From contig OZ219786.1 in assembly GCA_964291285.2 (NCBI GenBank), positions 768,001 through 832,000 on the forward strand: DNA of 64,000 bases. Reading direction: 5' to 3'. The translations under genes were made by a program, and so were the position numbers. The stretch is from Alphaproteobacteria bacterium (lineage in GTDB: Bacteria; Pseudomonadota; Alphaproteobacteria; Bin95). Each line of letters opens with the position of its first letter. Positions within the stretch are counted from its first letter, which is position 1. Under the pieces are notes generated by a model. The model was given only the letters and a program-made list of their open reading frames with translations. It was not told where the DNA came from and did no database searches. Positions 1 to 9,626 of this stretch are shown here, piece by piece.

Positions 1-593
1 TGTTCCCGGCGCCCACGACCCTCGACGAGGTCCGCCCGCTCGACTTCCGCACCGTCGTGCACAGCACCCGCGAAGGCAGGCTCTGGAACGAGTTCATCGC
101 CCGCTACCACTATCTCGGACACAAGACACTGGTCGGCGCCCAGATGCGCTATGCCGTCCACGACCGCAACGGCTGGCCCGTCGCCATGCTCGGCTTCTCC
201 ACCGCCGCATGGAAGCTCGCCCCGCGCGACCGCTTCATCGGATGGACGCCCGAACTGCGCGAAAAGAACCTTCCTCTCGTCGTCGACAACCCGCGCTTCC
301 TGATCCTGCCCTGGATCGAGATCCCCAACCTCGGCTCGCACATCCTCGCCATCGTGCGCCGCCGCCTGCCCATCGACTGGACCGGGCGCTACAACATCAC
401 GCCGGTGCTCATCGAGACCTTCGTCGAAACGCCCCGCTACACCGGTGCCGTATACCGCGCATCGGGCTGGACCCGCGTCGGGACCACCCAGGGCCGGGGA
501 CGCTACGACAGGCACAACAAACGAGACCAGCCGAAAAAGGACATCTGGCTCCGCACACTGCGAAAAGACTGGCAACGCACCCTCAATCGGTAG
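1..593 (+). CDS. DUF4338 (DruA-like) domain protein, 5'-partial; typical accessory gene of IS elements
   Basis: Frame is open from position 3; motifs YHYLG, GAQMRY, GFSTAAWKLAPRDRFIGW, NPRFLILPW, PNLGSHIL, LIETFVE, YRASGW, GTTQGRGR are characteristic of DUF4338. Confidence 0.8.
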   Translation, partial: FPAPTTLDEVRPLDFRTVVHSTREGRLWNEFIARYHYLGHKTLVGAQMRYAVHDRNGWPVAMLGFSTAAWKLAPRDRFIGWTPELREKNLPLVVDNPRFLILPWIEIPNLGSHILAIVRRRLPIDWTGRYNITPVLIETFVETPRYTGAVYRASGWTRVGTTQGRGRYDRHNKRDQPKKDIWLRTLRKDWQRTLNR

Positions 594-672
594 AAGCACA
601 ACCGTCGCCCCGGTGTGAAAATGCCGACAAGCGGATAACCCAATCCTCATCCCCCGGAACCCGAACGGATAC

Positions 673-769
673 CCGCCTCTCGCTCATCCGCGAGGAGCGC
701 GATACCAACGCCCAGGCCCTCGACTACGACCGCAACCGCGCCGAACTCTCCTTCGTGCGACAGTTCTGA
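673..769 (+). pseudogene. C-terminal remnant of an outer-membrane beta-barrel protein (Slam/DUF560-like)
   Basis: RLSLIREERDTNAQALDYDRNRAELSFVRQF*: alternating beta-strand pattern ending in a terminal Phe; no start; begins right after a possible IS end CCGAACGGATAC (661-672). Confidence 0.4.
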
Positions 770-810
770 CCGGACACGACGATAGCGGCAGCATCGGGCC
801 GGGTCGTGCA

Positions 811-1955
811 TCAAGCCTCCAGCACGGCGCTCATGGCCTGCCCGACGCGTTCCGCGGCGGCTTCGATGTCGCGGTCGGCGAGATGGGCATAGCGCAGCGT
901 CATCCTCACATTGGAATGCCCGAGCAGGCGGGAGACCACCGGGACGGGCACGCCGTTCATGACGGCATGGCTCGCCATGGTATGCCGGAGATCATGAAGG
1001 CGGACATCCCCGATGCCGGCTTCGCGTCTGACGCGGTACCAGAGCGGCAGGTCCGGGCTGCGCGGGCGGGCGGGGTCGCACGGCGAGGGAAACACGAACG
1101 GGCTGCCCGCGCGCGGCTGCCGGTCGAGAATGGCCCGGGCCCGGCTGCCGAGCGGGACCGTCCTCGGCCTCGTCTTGGCATCGGTGAGCGCCAACCCGTC
1201 CTCGCGGACTTCCGACCAGCCGAGGCCCGTGATCTCGCTTCTGCGGCAGCCGTCAGCAGCAGGAGGCGGACGATGTCGGCCTGCTGCCGCGCGCTCTTCC
1301 GGGTCTGCGCGTCCAGGGCGGCATGGAGGCGTGCGAGTTCCTCCCGGGACAGGAACCGCGTGAGCGCCGTGCGACGGTTCGGGGCGATGCGCCCGACGGG
1401 ATTGACCTCGATGTGGCCGCAGGCGAGGGCGAAGTTGATGATCTGGTGAAGGAGGGCGAAAGCGCGGTTGGCGCCGCCCGGCGCGGTCCGGCTGTAACGG
1501 TCGAACCATTGCCGGACATGGCCCGGCGCAATGCGGTCGAGCGGCTTCGGGCCGAATGCCGGCAGGAGCTGGCCCGCAAGCTGATAGCGGGCGGTCCTCT
1601 GCGTCGAGGGCTTGCAGCGGTCGAAATGCGCCTCCTTCCACGGGCCCGCGACGAAATCCCGGAACAGCGGGACCGGCCCCGCGCGCACGGCCCTTGCGCC
1701 GGGCTCGGGGTTCGCCTTGCGGGCATGGCGTTCCCTGCGAACCTCCTCCAGGCTCTTCACGCCGACCGGGCCGAGCGAGACGCGCCTGGTGCGCCCGCCG
1801 CTGTCGAGCAGCAGCACCCAGCTGCGCCCGCCGGTGGGCCGCACCCGGACGCCAAGGCCGGCGATGCGCGTGTCCCGGACCGTATATTCCCGCCCGCGGG
1901 GGCGGAGACGGGCGACGGCGGCGTCGGTGAGTTTCATCCGTTCCCGGCCCGCCAT
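811..1955 (-). pseudogene. Tyrosine recombinase/integrase with N-terminal arm-binding domain, frameshifted at about 1250
   Basis: N-term KLTDAAVARLRP..YTVRDTRIAGLGVRVRPTGGRSW; LLLLT/GCRRSEI is split by a 1-nt loss (ACG GC TGC); C-terminal frame has HDLRHT, LLGH and TLRY. Confidence 0.85.
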
Positions 1956-1958
1956 CGC

Positions 1959-2655
1959 TCAATCCCCCACCAGCGCCGCGCCGACGGTCTCGGCGGCGTC
2001 CTGCACCATGGCGTCGGCGACATGGGTATATTTCAGCGTGGTTTCCGGCCTGCGGTGGCCCAGCAGCCGGCCGATGGCGAGCACCGTCTCGCCCTGCCTG
2101 AGGGCAAGGCTCGCATGCGTATGGCGCAGGTCGTGAAGGCGGGCGTCCTCCAGGTCCGCCTCGGCGCGGACCCGGTTCCAGAAGTGGAACAGCCAGCTTC
2201 CGCTCCGGGGCCGGTCGCCCCTCGATGCCGGGAATATCCACCGCCCCTTCCGCTCGAGACGATCAAGCACCGTCCGGGCCGGCTCCGACAGCCAGACTGT
2301 CCGGGGTTCCGTCTTGGAATCGCGCAGGAACAGGCGGCCTTCGCGGTAGTCGGACCATTGCAGGGTGAGGATCTCGCCCTTGCGGCAGCCGGTCAGCAGC
2401 AGCAGGCGGATGACGGCGACATGCTGCGGCCAGCGGGCCTCATGCGCCTTGAGCCTCCCGGACAGGCGGTGGATTTCCTCGTCCGGGAGGAACCGCTCAC
2501 GGCCCTTGCGGCGGTAGCGCCTGATCCCCCGGCAGGGGTTGGACCCTTCCGGGCGCAGGCCCATGGCCTCCGCCTCCCTCATGATGACGGACAGCACCGG
2601 CATGGAGCGGTCCGCCGCCACCGGCAGCGCGCAGGCTGGCGAACCAGTTCCTTAC
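1959..2655 (-). pseudogene. Second tyrosine recombinase, N-terminally deleted, with a frameshift near 2625
   Basis: LLLLTGCRKGEI, DSKT, HDLRHTHAS, LLGH and TLKY are intact; the upstream VRNWFASLRA is out of frame and the arm domain is absent. Confidence 0.8.
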
Positions 2656-2958
2656 CTCCCGCGCGATCGCCGCCGGCCTGAGGCCGGCCTCGAAGGCGGC
2701 GAGGATCGGCTTTTCCTGCCCCTGCGTCACCGGCGCGGGCCTGGCGTGCACCCTTCCTCCAGCCGTCTTGCCGGCCTGCCGCCCGCGCCTGCGGGCCTCG
2801 GCTGTCGCCGCTTCGACCGGCCGGTCGAGGTCCGCGTCGTCGAGATGGCGGAGCGAGCGGTCGAGGTCGGCGGGCAGGGCGAATGCGCCCGACCGGCTCC
2901 CGCCGCGCTTTCCCGTCTCGCCACCCGGGCGCGCCGTCCTTCCTGCGCGTTGCCCCAC
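2656..2958 (-). pseudogene. Truncated small hypothetical (possible HTH) protein fused by deletion to the integrase remnant
   Basis: LPADLDRSLRHLDDADLDR..VTQGQEKPILAAFEAGLRPAAIARE runs directly into integrase sequence VRNWFASL. Confidence 0.4.
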
Positions 2959-3223
2959 CTCCGCGGTTTTTCCTGTCGCCAGTGAGCGCGTCGCGTGTGC
3001 GCTGGTCGATTGCAGCCCGAACGTGCCGGTGTGGCCATGGCCGGGGCGCTTTCCAGCTACCCGTCACCCGTGCCGCCGGCCTGCCGCCCGACGCCGGGAA
3101 CACCGCCTCCCCCGCTCCGCGCCGGCAGGAGGGAAGGTCTGGCCGTGAGCGGGGCGGCGGTCGGCGCTTCGGAGGGCGGGGCGCTGCCGCCGGGTTTCAC
3201 CACGGCACGATGGAGACGGCAGC

Positions 3224-3556
3224 ATGACGGCAGCAAGGATGGCGATGCCCGGCAATACGGCGAGCACGTTTCTGGTCCACTATTTCGGCGGCGGCCTCGA
3301 CGGCGACGACCGCTTCGTGGTCGAGCGGTTCCGCGCCCTGGCCTGCGGCGACATTCGTCCGGTCCGGGACGGCGAGGAGAACGCGAAGGGGCGGCGCAAG
3401 GTCGGGCGCACCGTGGTCTCGCGCAAGGAAGCCGAGGCGATGCGCCCGGAGCGCACCGAGATCATCATCTGCACCGGCCTTCGCACCCGTGGCGGGAAAC
3501 AGGCCTGGGGTTCGGTTGCGGCGGGCCTCCTGTGCGACCGCAAGCAGCGCGGCTGA
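3224..3556 (+). CDS. Hypothetical protein (110 aa)
   Basis: GGAG RBS upstream of ATG; protein-like composition; co-oriented with the next gene. Confidence 0.55.
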   Translation: MTAARMAMPGNTASTFLVHYFGGGLDGDDRFVVERFRALACGDIRPVRDGEENAKGRRKVGRTVVSRKEAEAMRPERTEIIICTGLRTRGGKQAWGSVAAGLLCDRKQRG

Positions 3557-3643
3557 GCGCTTTCCCGAAGGACGTCCCGCCGGCCCGGCCGGGTCGGCCG
3601 GGCGTCCCTCTTCCGTTTTCCCCACGGCAAGGAGAACGCTCCC

Positions 3644-4621
3644 ATGTGCGAGCAGCAGGACATCGGGGCCCGGCGCGCGCGCGACAAGTGTATCGGGTGC
3701 GGCAAGCGCGAACCCGCGCCCGCACGGACCCTGTGCGCGTCCTGCGGCAAGAAGCGGAACCGGGCGAGCCGGGCCAGGGACGCAAGGCTGCGCACCGCCG
3801 GCCTCCCCCGGAGAGACCCCGACAAGGCCCGCGCCCAAGAGCGCGACCGGTCCCGCCGCGAGGCTGAAATGCGCCGCGACGCCGGGCTCTGCATCCGGTG
3901 CGGCAATGCGCCGGCCGTGGAGGGCCGCGCGTCGTGCGAGCCGTGCCTGGAGAAACGCCGCGCCGACGACCGCGCCCGCTACGCCGCCTGCAAGGCTGCC
4001 GGGCTGCCCTATGGCGGCGCCAATGCGGAGGCAAAACGCAAGGCCGCCCGCCTCAAGAGCAGGCGCCGCCAGAAGGCAAGGGCCGAGGCCGGCCTCTGCA
4101 TCCGCTGCGGCAGGCAGCCCCCCGTCAAGGGTGGAACCACCTGCCAGCCCTGCCGGGACAAGAGGCAGGCGGCGGAACGGCGGCAATATGACGAACGCAG
4201 GACCGGGGGCCGTTGCACACGCTGCGGGCAGCCGGCCTTCGACGGCCTCTCGCGCTGTGGCCCCTGCGCCGCCATCGAAAAGGCCAGCCGGAAACCGGAG
4301 CGCAAGAACGCACGCTCCCGGCAGTTGTACGCCCGACGCCGGGCCGCCGGCCTGTGCACGGCCTGCGGGGCGCCGTCACAGGGGGCGGCGCGCTGTGCGA
4401 ACTGTGCCGAGAGGTCGTATCAAGGGTCGGCGCATTTCAGGGGCATCCCGGTCCACGAGCCGGTCTGGACCGTGATCGAACTGGAGACCGGCCGCGAGCA
4501 CGGCCCGTTCGACGATCCGGCCGATGTCGCCCTCTGCCTCGCCTTCGGGAAGCTCGACCGCAACCGCGTCGAGATCGTCGCCGACGCCCCCGTCACCGCC
4601 TCCTTCACCGCCTGGACCTGA
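3644..4621 (+). CDS. Basic protein with five CxxC-x9-11-CxxC zinc-finger-like repeats
   Basis: AAGGAG RBS; CIGC/CASC, CIRC/CEPC, CIRC/CQPC, CTRC/CGPC and CTAC/CANC separated by Arg/Lys-rich helices. Confidence 0.75.
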   Translation: MCEQQDIGARRARDKCIGCGKREPAPARTLCASCGKKRNRASRARDARLRTAGLPRRDPDKARAQERDRSRREAEMRRDAGLCIRCGNAPAVEGRASCEPCLEKRRADDRARYAACKAAGLPYGGANAEAKRKAARLKSRRRQKARAEAGLCIRCGRQPPVKGGTTCQPCRDKRQAAERRQYDERRTGGRCTRCGQPAFDGLSRCGPCAAIEKASRKPERKNARSRQLYARRRAAGLCTACGAPSQGAARCANCAERSYQGSAHFRGIPVHEPVWTVIELETGREHGPFDDPADVALCLAFGKLDRNRVEIVADAPVTASFTAWT

Positions 4622-4701
4622 CATGCTGTCCCGGGCGGCGATGGCGGCGCTCGCCTGGCCGCGATCCGCCGCGCCGTCCCTGTGTCGTGGAGAGGAGTGA
4701 A

Positions 4702-6397
4702 CCTAAATCCGGCATTTGAGGATGGCGTGGCCTTGCCGAATCCCTTGTAGTCTGCGGATATGAGCGGCTTTTCAGGGGCCGAAGAGGCTCACCCTGTGGG
4801 TGATTATCCTGGCGCTGTGCGGGATGTCGCCCGAGCGTCGGTGAAGGTGGACACCTTCGGCGGCGCGGTTCATGTGGAATGGGACCCTGATGCGGCGGTA
4901 ACGCCGCTGGGCCATCTGGCGTTTTTCGCGGAATAGCTGAAGGTGAGCGGTCGCTTTGACGCTTTGGTTGCGGACTGCCCGCTGCGGTACACGAGCCCGA
5001 ACGCGCCGTCGAAGCGGGATGTCCTGGGGACGGTTCTTCTGTCGGTTCTGGCGGGGCAATCGCGGTATGCGCACATCACGTCGCTGCGCGGCGACGGGGT
5101 GAACCCTGCGCTGCTGGGTATGGACAAGGTTGCGAGCGAGGATTCGGTGCGGCGCGGTCTGGAGCGGATCGGTGCGGAGGCCGGCACATCGTGGCTTCAG
5201 GGCCATCTGGACGAGGTGGTCCGTCCGCTGCTGAGGGAGCCGTGGGTTCTGGACTGCGACACGACGATCAAGGCGCTTTACGGTCGTCAGGAGGGAGCGG
5301 TTGTGAGCTACAACCCGAAGAAGCCGGGCCGCCCCTCGCATGCCTGCCATGCGTTCCTGATGGCGGGCACGCGGCTTGTTCTTGATGTCGAGGTGGCGCC
5401 GGGCAACCATCACCATTCGAGGCGCGCGGCGCCGTCCTTGTGGGCGTTGCTCGACCGTCTTGGGCGGGATCGCTGGCCGCGTCTGGTGCGGGGCGACAAG
5501 GACTGGGGCAGCGAGGCCAACATGGCGTCGTGCGAGGCTGCGGGTCCGGACTATCTGTTCAAGCTGCGCCTGACGAAGGGGGCGCGCCGGCTTGCCGGGC
5601 GGCTGATGGCGCGGGACGGCTGGGAGGATGCGGGCCAGGGCTGGTCGGGGATCGGGGCCGATCTGCGTCTGCAGGGCTGGAGCCGGACGCGCCGGGTTGT
5701 GGTGCTGCGCCGGCGGCTTCCTGCGACGCTGGCGCTGACGCGTGGCGACAAGGCCCGGGGCGAGCTGTTCCGGACCGGGGCGCAGCCCGGCACCGGGGTG
5801 TGGGAGTTCGCGGTGCTGGCGACCTCGCTGGACCTGGAGATACGCTCGCTGGCCCGGCTCTACCGCGACCGGGCGGACGCGGAGAACGGCTTCGACGAGT
5901 TGAAGAACCAGTGGGGCTGGGGCGGCTTCACCACGCGCGACCTGACGCGCTGCCGGCACATGGCCCGGCTGGTCGCGCTCATCTGCAACTGGTGGAGCCT
6001 GTTCGTGCGCCTCGCCGACCCCGACCATCACCGCGAGGCGATCACCAGCCGGCCGCTGCTCCTGCACGGGGTTGCCCGCCAGACCCACCACGCCGGCCAG
6101 ACCCGGCTGACGGTGACCTCCCATCACGGGCGTCGCAAGACGGTGATGGCGGCGCTGCGCCGGATCGCCGGCTTCTTCCGGTCGCTGACGCAAACTGCGG
6201 AGCAGTTGAGCGCCGGGGATCGCTGGCGCCGCATCCTCGCCGAGGCGCTCAGGAAATACCTCCATGGCCGCGAACCGGGGCGTCAACCCTGGCTGCCGCC
6301 ACCCAGGGCCGCGACCGCGTGCTGAAATCCACGCCCAAATCCGGCCGTTCACACTACCCCGAGACAGCGATCAAGCCCGTCAAATGCCGGATTTAGG
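4702..6397 (+). mobile_element. IS1380-family element, copy 1
   Basis: Perfect 18-bp terminal IRs CCTAAATCCGGCATTTGA / TCAAATGCCGGATTTAGG; flanks GTGAA and TTTAC (no target duplication). Confidence 0.9.
4760..6325 (+). pseudogene. IS1380-family DDE transposase with a nonsense codon
   Basis: Near-identical to copy 2, but Tyr TAC is TAG at 4934-4936; motifs LDCDTT, VRGDKDW and YRDRADAENGFDELK. Confidence 0.85.
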
Positions 6398-6399
6398 TT

Positions 6400-6576
6400 T
6401 ACGGGCTTTCCTTCCGCGCCGGCCCGGCGCTCGGCGCGCTCACCATGGGCGCGCTCGCCGACCGCATCGGGCTGATCCTGCCGGTGCTCGGCGGCGCCTG
6501 CCTCTGCCTGCTCGCCATCCTCCTGCTGCTCCGCCGCCTGCGCGCCGTCCGCACGGCGCTGGAGCCGGGGCGGTAG
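6400..6576 (+). pseudogene. 3' remnant of an MFS transporter cut by IS1380
   Basis: YGLSFRAGPALGALTMGALADRIGLILPVLGGACLCLLAILLLL...* resembles the last two TM helices of an MFS protein; starts right at the IS end. Confidence 0.65.
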
Positions 6577-6640
6577 GCACTTGCCGAAGGCGCCGCCGGG
6601 AGCGATAATTCAATGTCGGCGGTAAGTCGGGAGACGGCCC

Positions 6641-6865
6641 ATGGGGTTCGCAATTGCCATCGTCGCGATAGCCGTCCTGCTGTTCGTCCTCGCGTCCCGC
6701 GATTACCGGAAAATGGAAAGAGGCGACGCCGTGCTGGCGTCCGCCGGCCTTGTCGCCGCCCACGACCATCTGAGCCACGGCGCCGCTTCGGAGTCGTTTT
6801 TCGCGGGCGCGACCTCCCATTCGGCCATCGACCACCATCACTGGGGCGACTCCGGCACCTATTAG
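6641..6865 (+). CDS. Small membrane-anchored His-rich hypothetical protein (74 aa)
   Basis: GGAG RBS; N-terminal hydrophobic helix; HDHLSH and DHHHW. Confidence 0.5.
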   Translation: MGFAIAIVAIAVLLFVLASRDYRKMERGDAVLASAGLVAAHDHLSHGAASESFFAGATSHSAIDHHHWGDSGTY

Positions 6866-7091
6866 GTCCGGGTCTCAACGACTCTTCAACGTAAGGTGAG
6901 AAGCGGTTCGAGCCCGATCCGTCGGCTTGAATCAGTCTCCCGGCAGAACCTCAACCACCACCCCGGACGGAGCGGAGCGCAGGTCTTGGCCGCCATCGTC
7001 CTGCCCGCCGCCTCCTGCGGACCGTCCACGTCCGCCTTGGTTAATGTTTATATTTTCATATAATAATTATTAGAAAAGGAGGCCTGATCGC

Positions 7092-8303
7092 ATGCATTGC
7101 ATAACCCGTTCGTTTGTCATGCCTATCGCACTGCTCCTGGCTCATCAGATTGTCGGTATCGGCGCAGCCGGCGCGGACGAAAAACGGGTCGAACGCAACT
7201 TTACGGCAGCAGGCGCGCCGGGTCCGAAAGCGCCCGCCGTTCCGGCCGCCGCGCTCCGGACCGCCAAGGGAAAGCTGGCAGTGCGGATCGGCTCAAGCGA
7301 CTACGAACTGGAGACCCTGACCGTCACGCCGCCCGGCGACGGGCCGTTTCCCCTGGCCGTCGTCTCCCACGGAACGCCGACGAGGGGAGGGAAATCGGCG
7401 CGGAAGAAAGTTCGCATCCGCGCGATGCTGGCGGTAGCGGAGGACTTTGCCCGCCGGGGCTACAAGGCTGTGATCTTCGCGCGTCGGGGCTATGCCTCGT
7501 CCTCGGGCGCATTCAAGGAGGGGTACGGCAGGTGCGAGGACGCGAACAAGAGGTCCTATGTTCGTGTGGCGCGCGCCGGCGCGCAGGACTTTGCCGCGGT
7601 CATCGAAGCGCTCTCCGCCCGGCCGGACATCGATGGATCGGCCGTGATCGCCGCCGGCCAGTCCGGCGGAGGCTTTGCGGCGAGCGCGCTGGCTGCGAAA
7701 CCGCCGCAGGGCCTCCTTGGAATCATCAATTTCGCGGGCGGACGCGGCGGACAGAAGAAGGGCGGAAATTGCAGCAAACACGGCTTCGTGCATGCCTTCG
7801 GTGCGTTCGGCGAGGGAGCCCGGGTGCCGGCGCTCTGGCTGTATTCGTCGGCCGACAAGCTGTTCTGGCCTGAACTGGTGGACCGGGCTTTCGACGCCTA
7901 TGCGGGCAACGGAGCGCCGGTCCGTCTCGAACGGGTCGGCGCCATGTGGTTCAGCCGCAGCGGACATAACCTTTTCGAACTCGGCGGGCGCGAATTGTGG
8001 CGTCCGCGGATCGATGCCTTCCTGGACGCGATCGGGGCGCCGAATTGGGAAACGGCGCCGGACGACGCGGCCGTCGCCAGGCCGCCGCCCCCTTCCGGAC
8101 TCGGCAGAAGTGGCAAGGGAAACTGGAAACGCTACCTCGGTTCCGTCGGACACAAGGCATTCGCCCGCGGAGACGGCACCCGGTTCGGGTATGCCACGCG
8201 GCGGGATACTCCCGAAGAAGCCATGAAGGACGCAACCCGGTTCTGCGAGAAAAAGGGCGACAAATGCCGCGTCGTCTCGGTCGATGGAGCGGAGGCGCGC
8301 TAG
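7092..8303 (+). CDS. Secreted dienelactone-hydrolase-like alpha/beta hydrolase
   Basis: AAGGAGG RBS; signal peptide; GDGPFPLAVVSHG, nucleophile elbow GQSGGG, INFAGG and late GH. Confidence 0.75.
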   Translation: MHCITRSFVMPIALLLAHQIVGIGAAGADEKRVERNFTAAGAPGPKAPAVPAAALRTAKGKLAVRIGSSDYELETLTVTPPGDGPFPLAVVSHGTPTRGGKSARKKVRIRAMLAVAEDFARRGYKAVIFARRGYASSSGAFKEGYGRCEDANKRSYVRVARAGAQDFAAVIEALSARPDIDGSAVIAAGQSGGGFAASALAAKPPQGLLGIINFAGGRGGQKKGGNCSKHGFVHAFGAFGEGARVPALWLYSSADKLFWPELVDRAFDAYAGNGAPVRLERVGAMWFSRSGHNLFELGGRELWRPRIDAFLDAIGAPNWETAPDDAAVARPPPPSGLGRSGKGNWKRYLGSVGHKAFARGDGTRFGYATRRDTPEEAMKDATRFCEKKGDKCRVVSVDGAEAR

Positions 8304-8426
8304 ACACTGCGGGCGCAAGCGGGGGGACAGGCTTCAACGACTCTCCATGTGAGGACAGCCGGGCCTTGCCGGGGGCGGGGCGATGGCGCACCATCGGCTG
8401 CGTTCCCGACGCGGATATGCCCTCCC

Positions 8427-9626
8427 ATGGACCTCGACTACCGGCCCGACGCCCCCCGCGCGCTTGAAGGCGTGCGCGTTCTCGATATCTCCCGGCTCGT
8501 GGCCGGCAACGCGATCTCCCACGTGCTGGCCGACCACGGCGCGGAGGTCGTCAAGGTCGAGGACCCGGCCGAGGGCGACGCGCTGCGCCACTGGACCGCC
8601 GCCGGGGTCGCCTGCAGCTGGAAGGTGTATGCGCGCAACAAGAAGAGCATCTCGCTGAACCTGCGCAGCGAGAGGGGCCGCGAAGTCCTGCTGGAACTCC
8701 TGCCGACGGCGCAGGTGCTGGTCGAGAACTTCAAGGCGGGCGCGCTGGAGCGGATGGGGCTCGGGCCCGACGTGCTGCTCGCCCGCAACCCGAAGCTGGT
8801 CGTCGCGCGGGTCAGCGGCTACGGCCAGACCGGCCCCTACGCCCACAAGCCGGGCTTCGGCACGCTGGTCGAGGCGATGTCCGGCTTCGCCTACAAGAAC
8901 GGCTTCCCCGACAAGCCGCCGGCCCTGCCGCCGCTCGCGCTCGCCGACAATGTGGCCGGGCTCTACGGCGCGTTCGGCGTGATGGTGGCGCTCCGGGAAG
9001 TCGAGCTGAAGGGCGGCGAAGGCCAGGTGATCGACCTGTCCCTGCTTGAGCCGCTGGTGTCGATCCTGGGCCCGGACGCCGCGATCCACAGCGCGACCGG
9101 CGAGGCGCCGGCCCGCCTCGGCAACGCCTCCAACACCACCTCGCCGCGCAACGCCTACCGGACCAGGGACGGCGAGTGGATCGCCATGAGCGGCTCCATG
9201 CAGTCGATGGCGATGCGCATCTTCCGCACCATCGGCCGCGCCGACATGTGCGACGATGAGCGCTACAACACCCAGGCCGCGCGTTCGGAAAACCGCGAGG
9301 AGGTGGATGCCATCGTCGGCGGCTTCATCGCCGAGCGCACGCTGGCCGAAGCGATGGAGGTGTTCGAGCGCGAGGGCGTGACGGCAGGGCCGATCTATTC
9401 CGCCGCGCAACTCAGGGAAGACCGCCACGCGAAGGAGCGCGGCGTGATCGTCAACCTGCCGGACGGCGAGCTCGGCAGCCTGCCGATGCACAATGTCATT
9501 CCGCGCCTTTCGGGCACGCCGGGCGCCATCCGCACGCCCGCGCCCGAAATCGGCGCGCATAACGAGGAAATCCTGGGCGCTCTCGGCCTGGACCTCGACC
9601 GGCTCAAGGAGGAGGGGACGATATGA
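8427..9626 (+). CDS. CaiB/BaiF family III CoA-transferase
   Basis: LEGVRVLDISRLVAG, GAEVVKVE, RNKKSISLNL, VENFKAG and SGYGQTGP. Confidence 0.9.
   Translation: MDLDYRPDAPRALEGVRVLDISRLVAGNAISHVLADHGAEVVKVEDPAEGDALRHWTAAGVACSWKVYARNKKSISLNLRSERGREVLLELLPTAQVLVENFKAGALERMGLGPDVLLARNPKLVVARVSGYGQTGPYAHKPGFGTLVEAMSGFAYKNGFPDKPPALPPLALADNVAGLYGAFGVMVALREVELKGGEGQVIDLSLLEPLVSILGPDAAIHSATGEAPARLGNASNTTSPRNAYRTRDGEWIAMSGSMQSMAMRIFRTIGRADMCDDERYNTQAARSENREEVDAIVGGFIAERTLAEAMEVFEREGVTAGPIYSAAQLREDRHAKERGVIVNLPDGELGSLPMHNVIPRLSGTPGAIRTPAPEIGAHNEEILGALGLDLDRLKEEGTI

Noticed and set aside
1-593. Druantia anti-phage system (DruA-like domain)
   Set aside because: No DruE helicase or other dru genes are visible; stand-alone DUF4338 is a common IS accessory gene
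4934-4936. Pyrrolysine or amber read-through at the transposase TAG
   Set aside because: The sister copy has TAC (Tyr), so a simple nonsense mutation explains it
4772-6352. 526-aa antisense ORF present in both IS1380 copies
   Set aside because: Antisense mirror of the GC-rich transposase; conservation follows from copy identity
6870-6960. tRNA, suggested by the T-loop-like GGTTCGAGCCC
   Set aside because: No matching acceptor stem, D-arm or anticodon arm could be built
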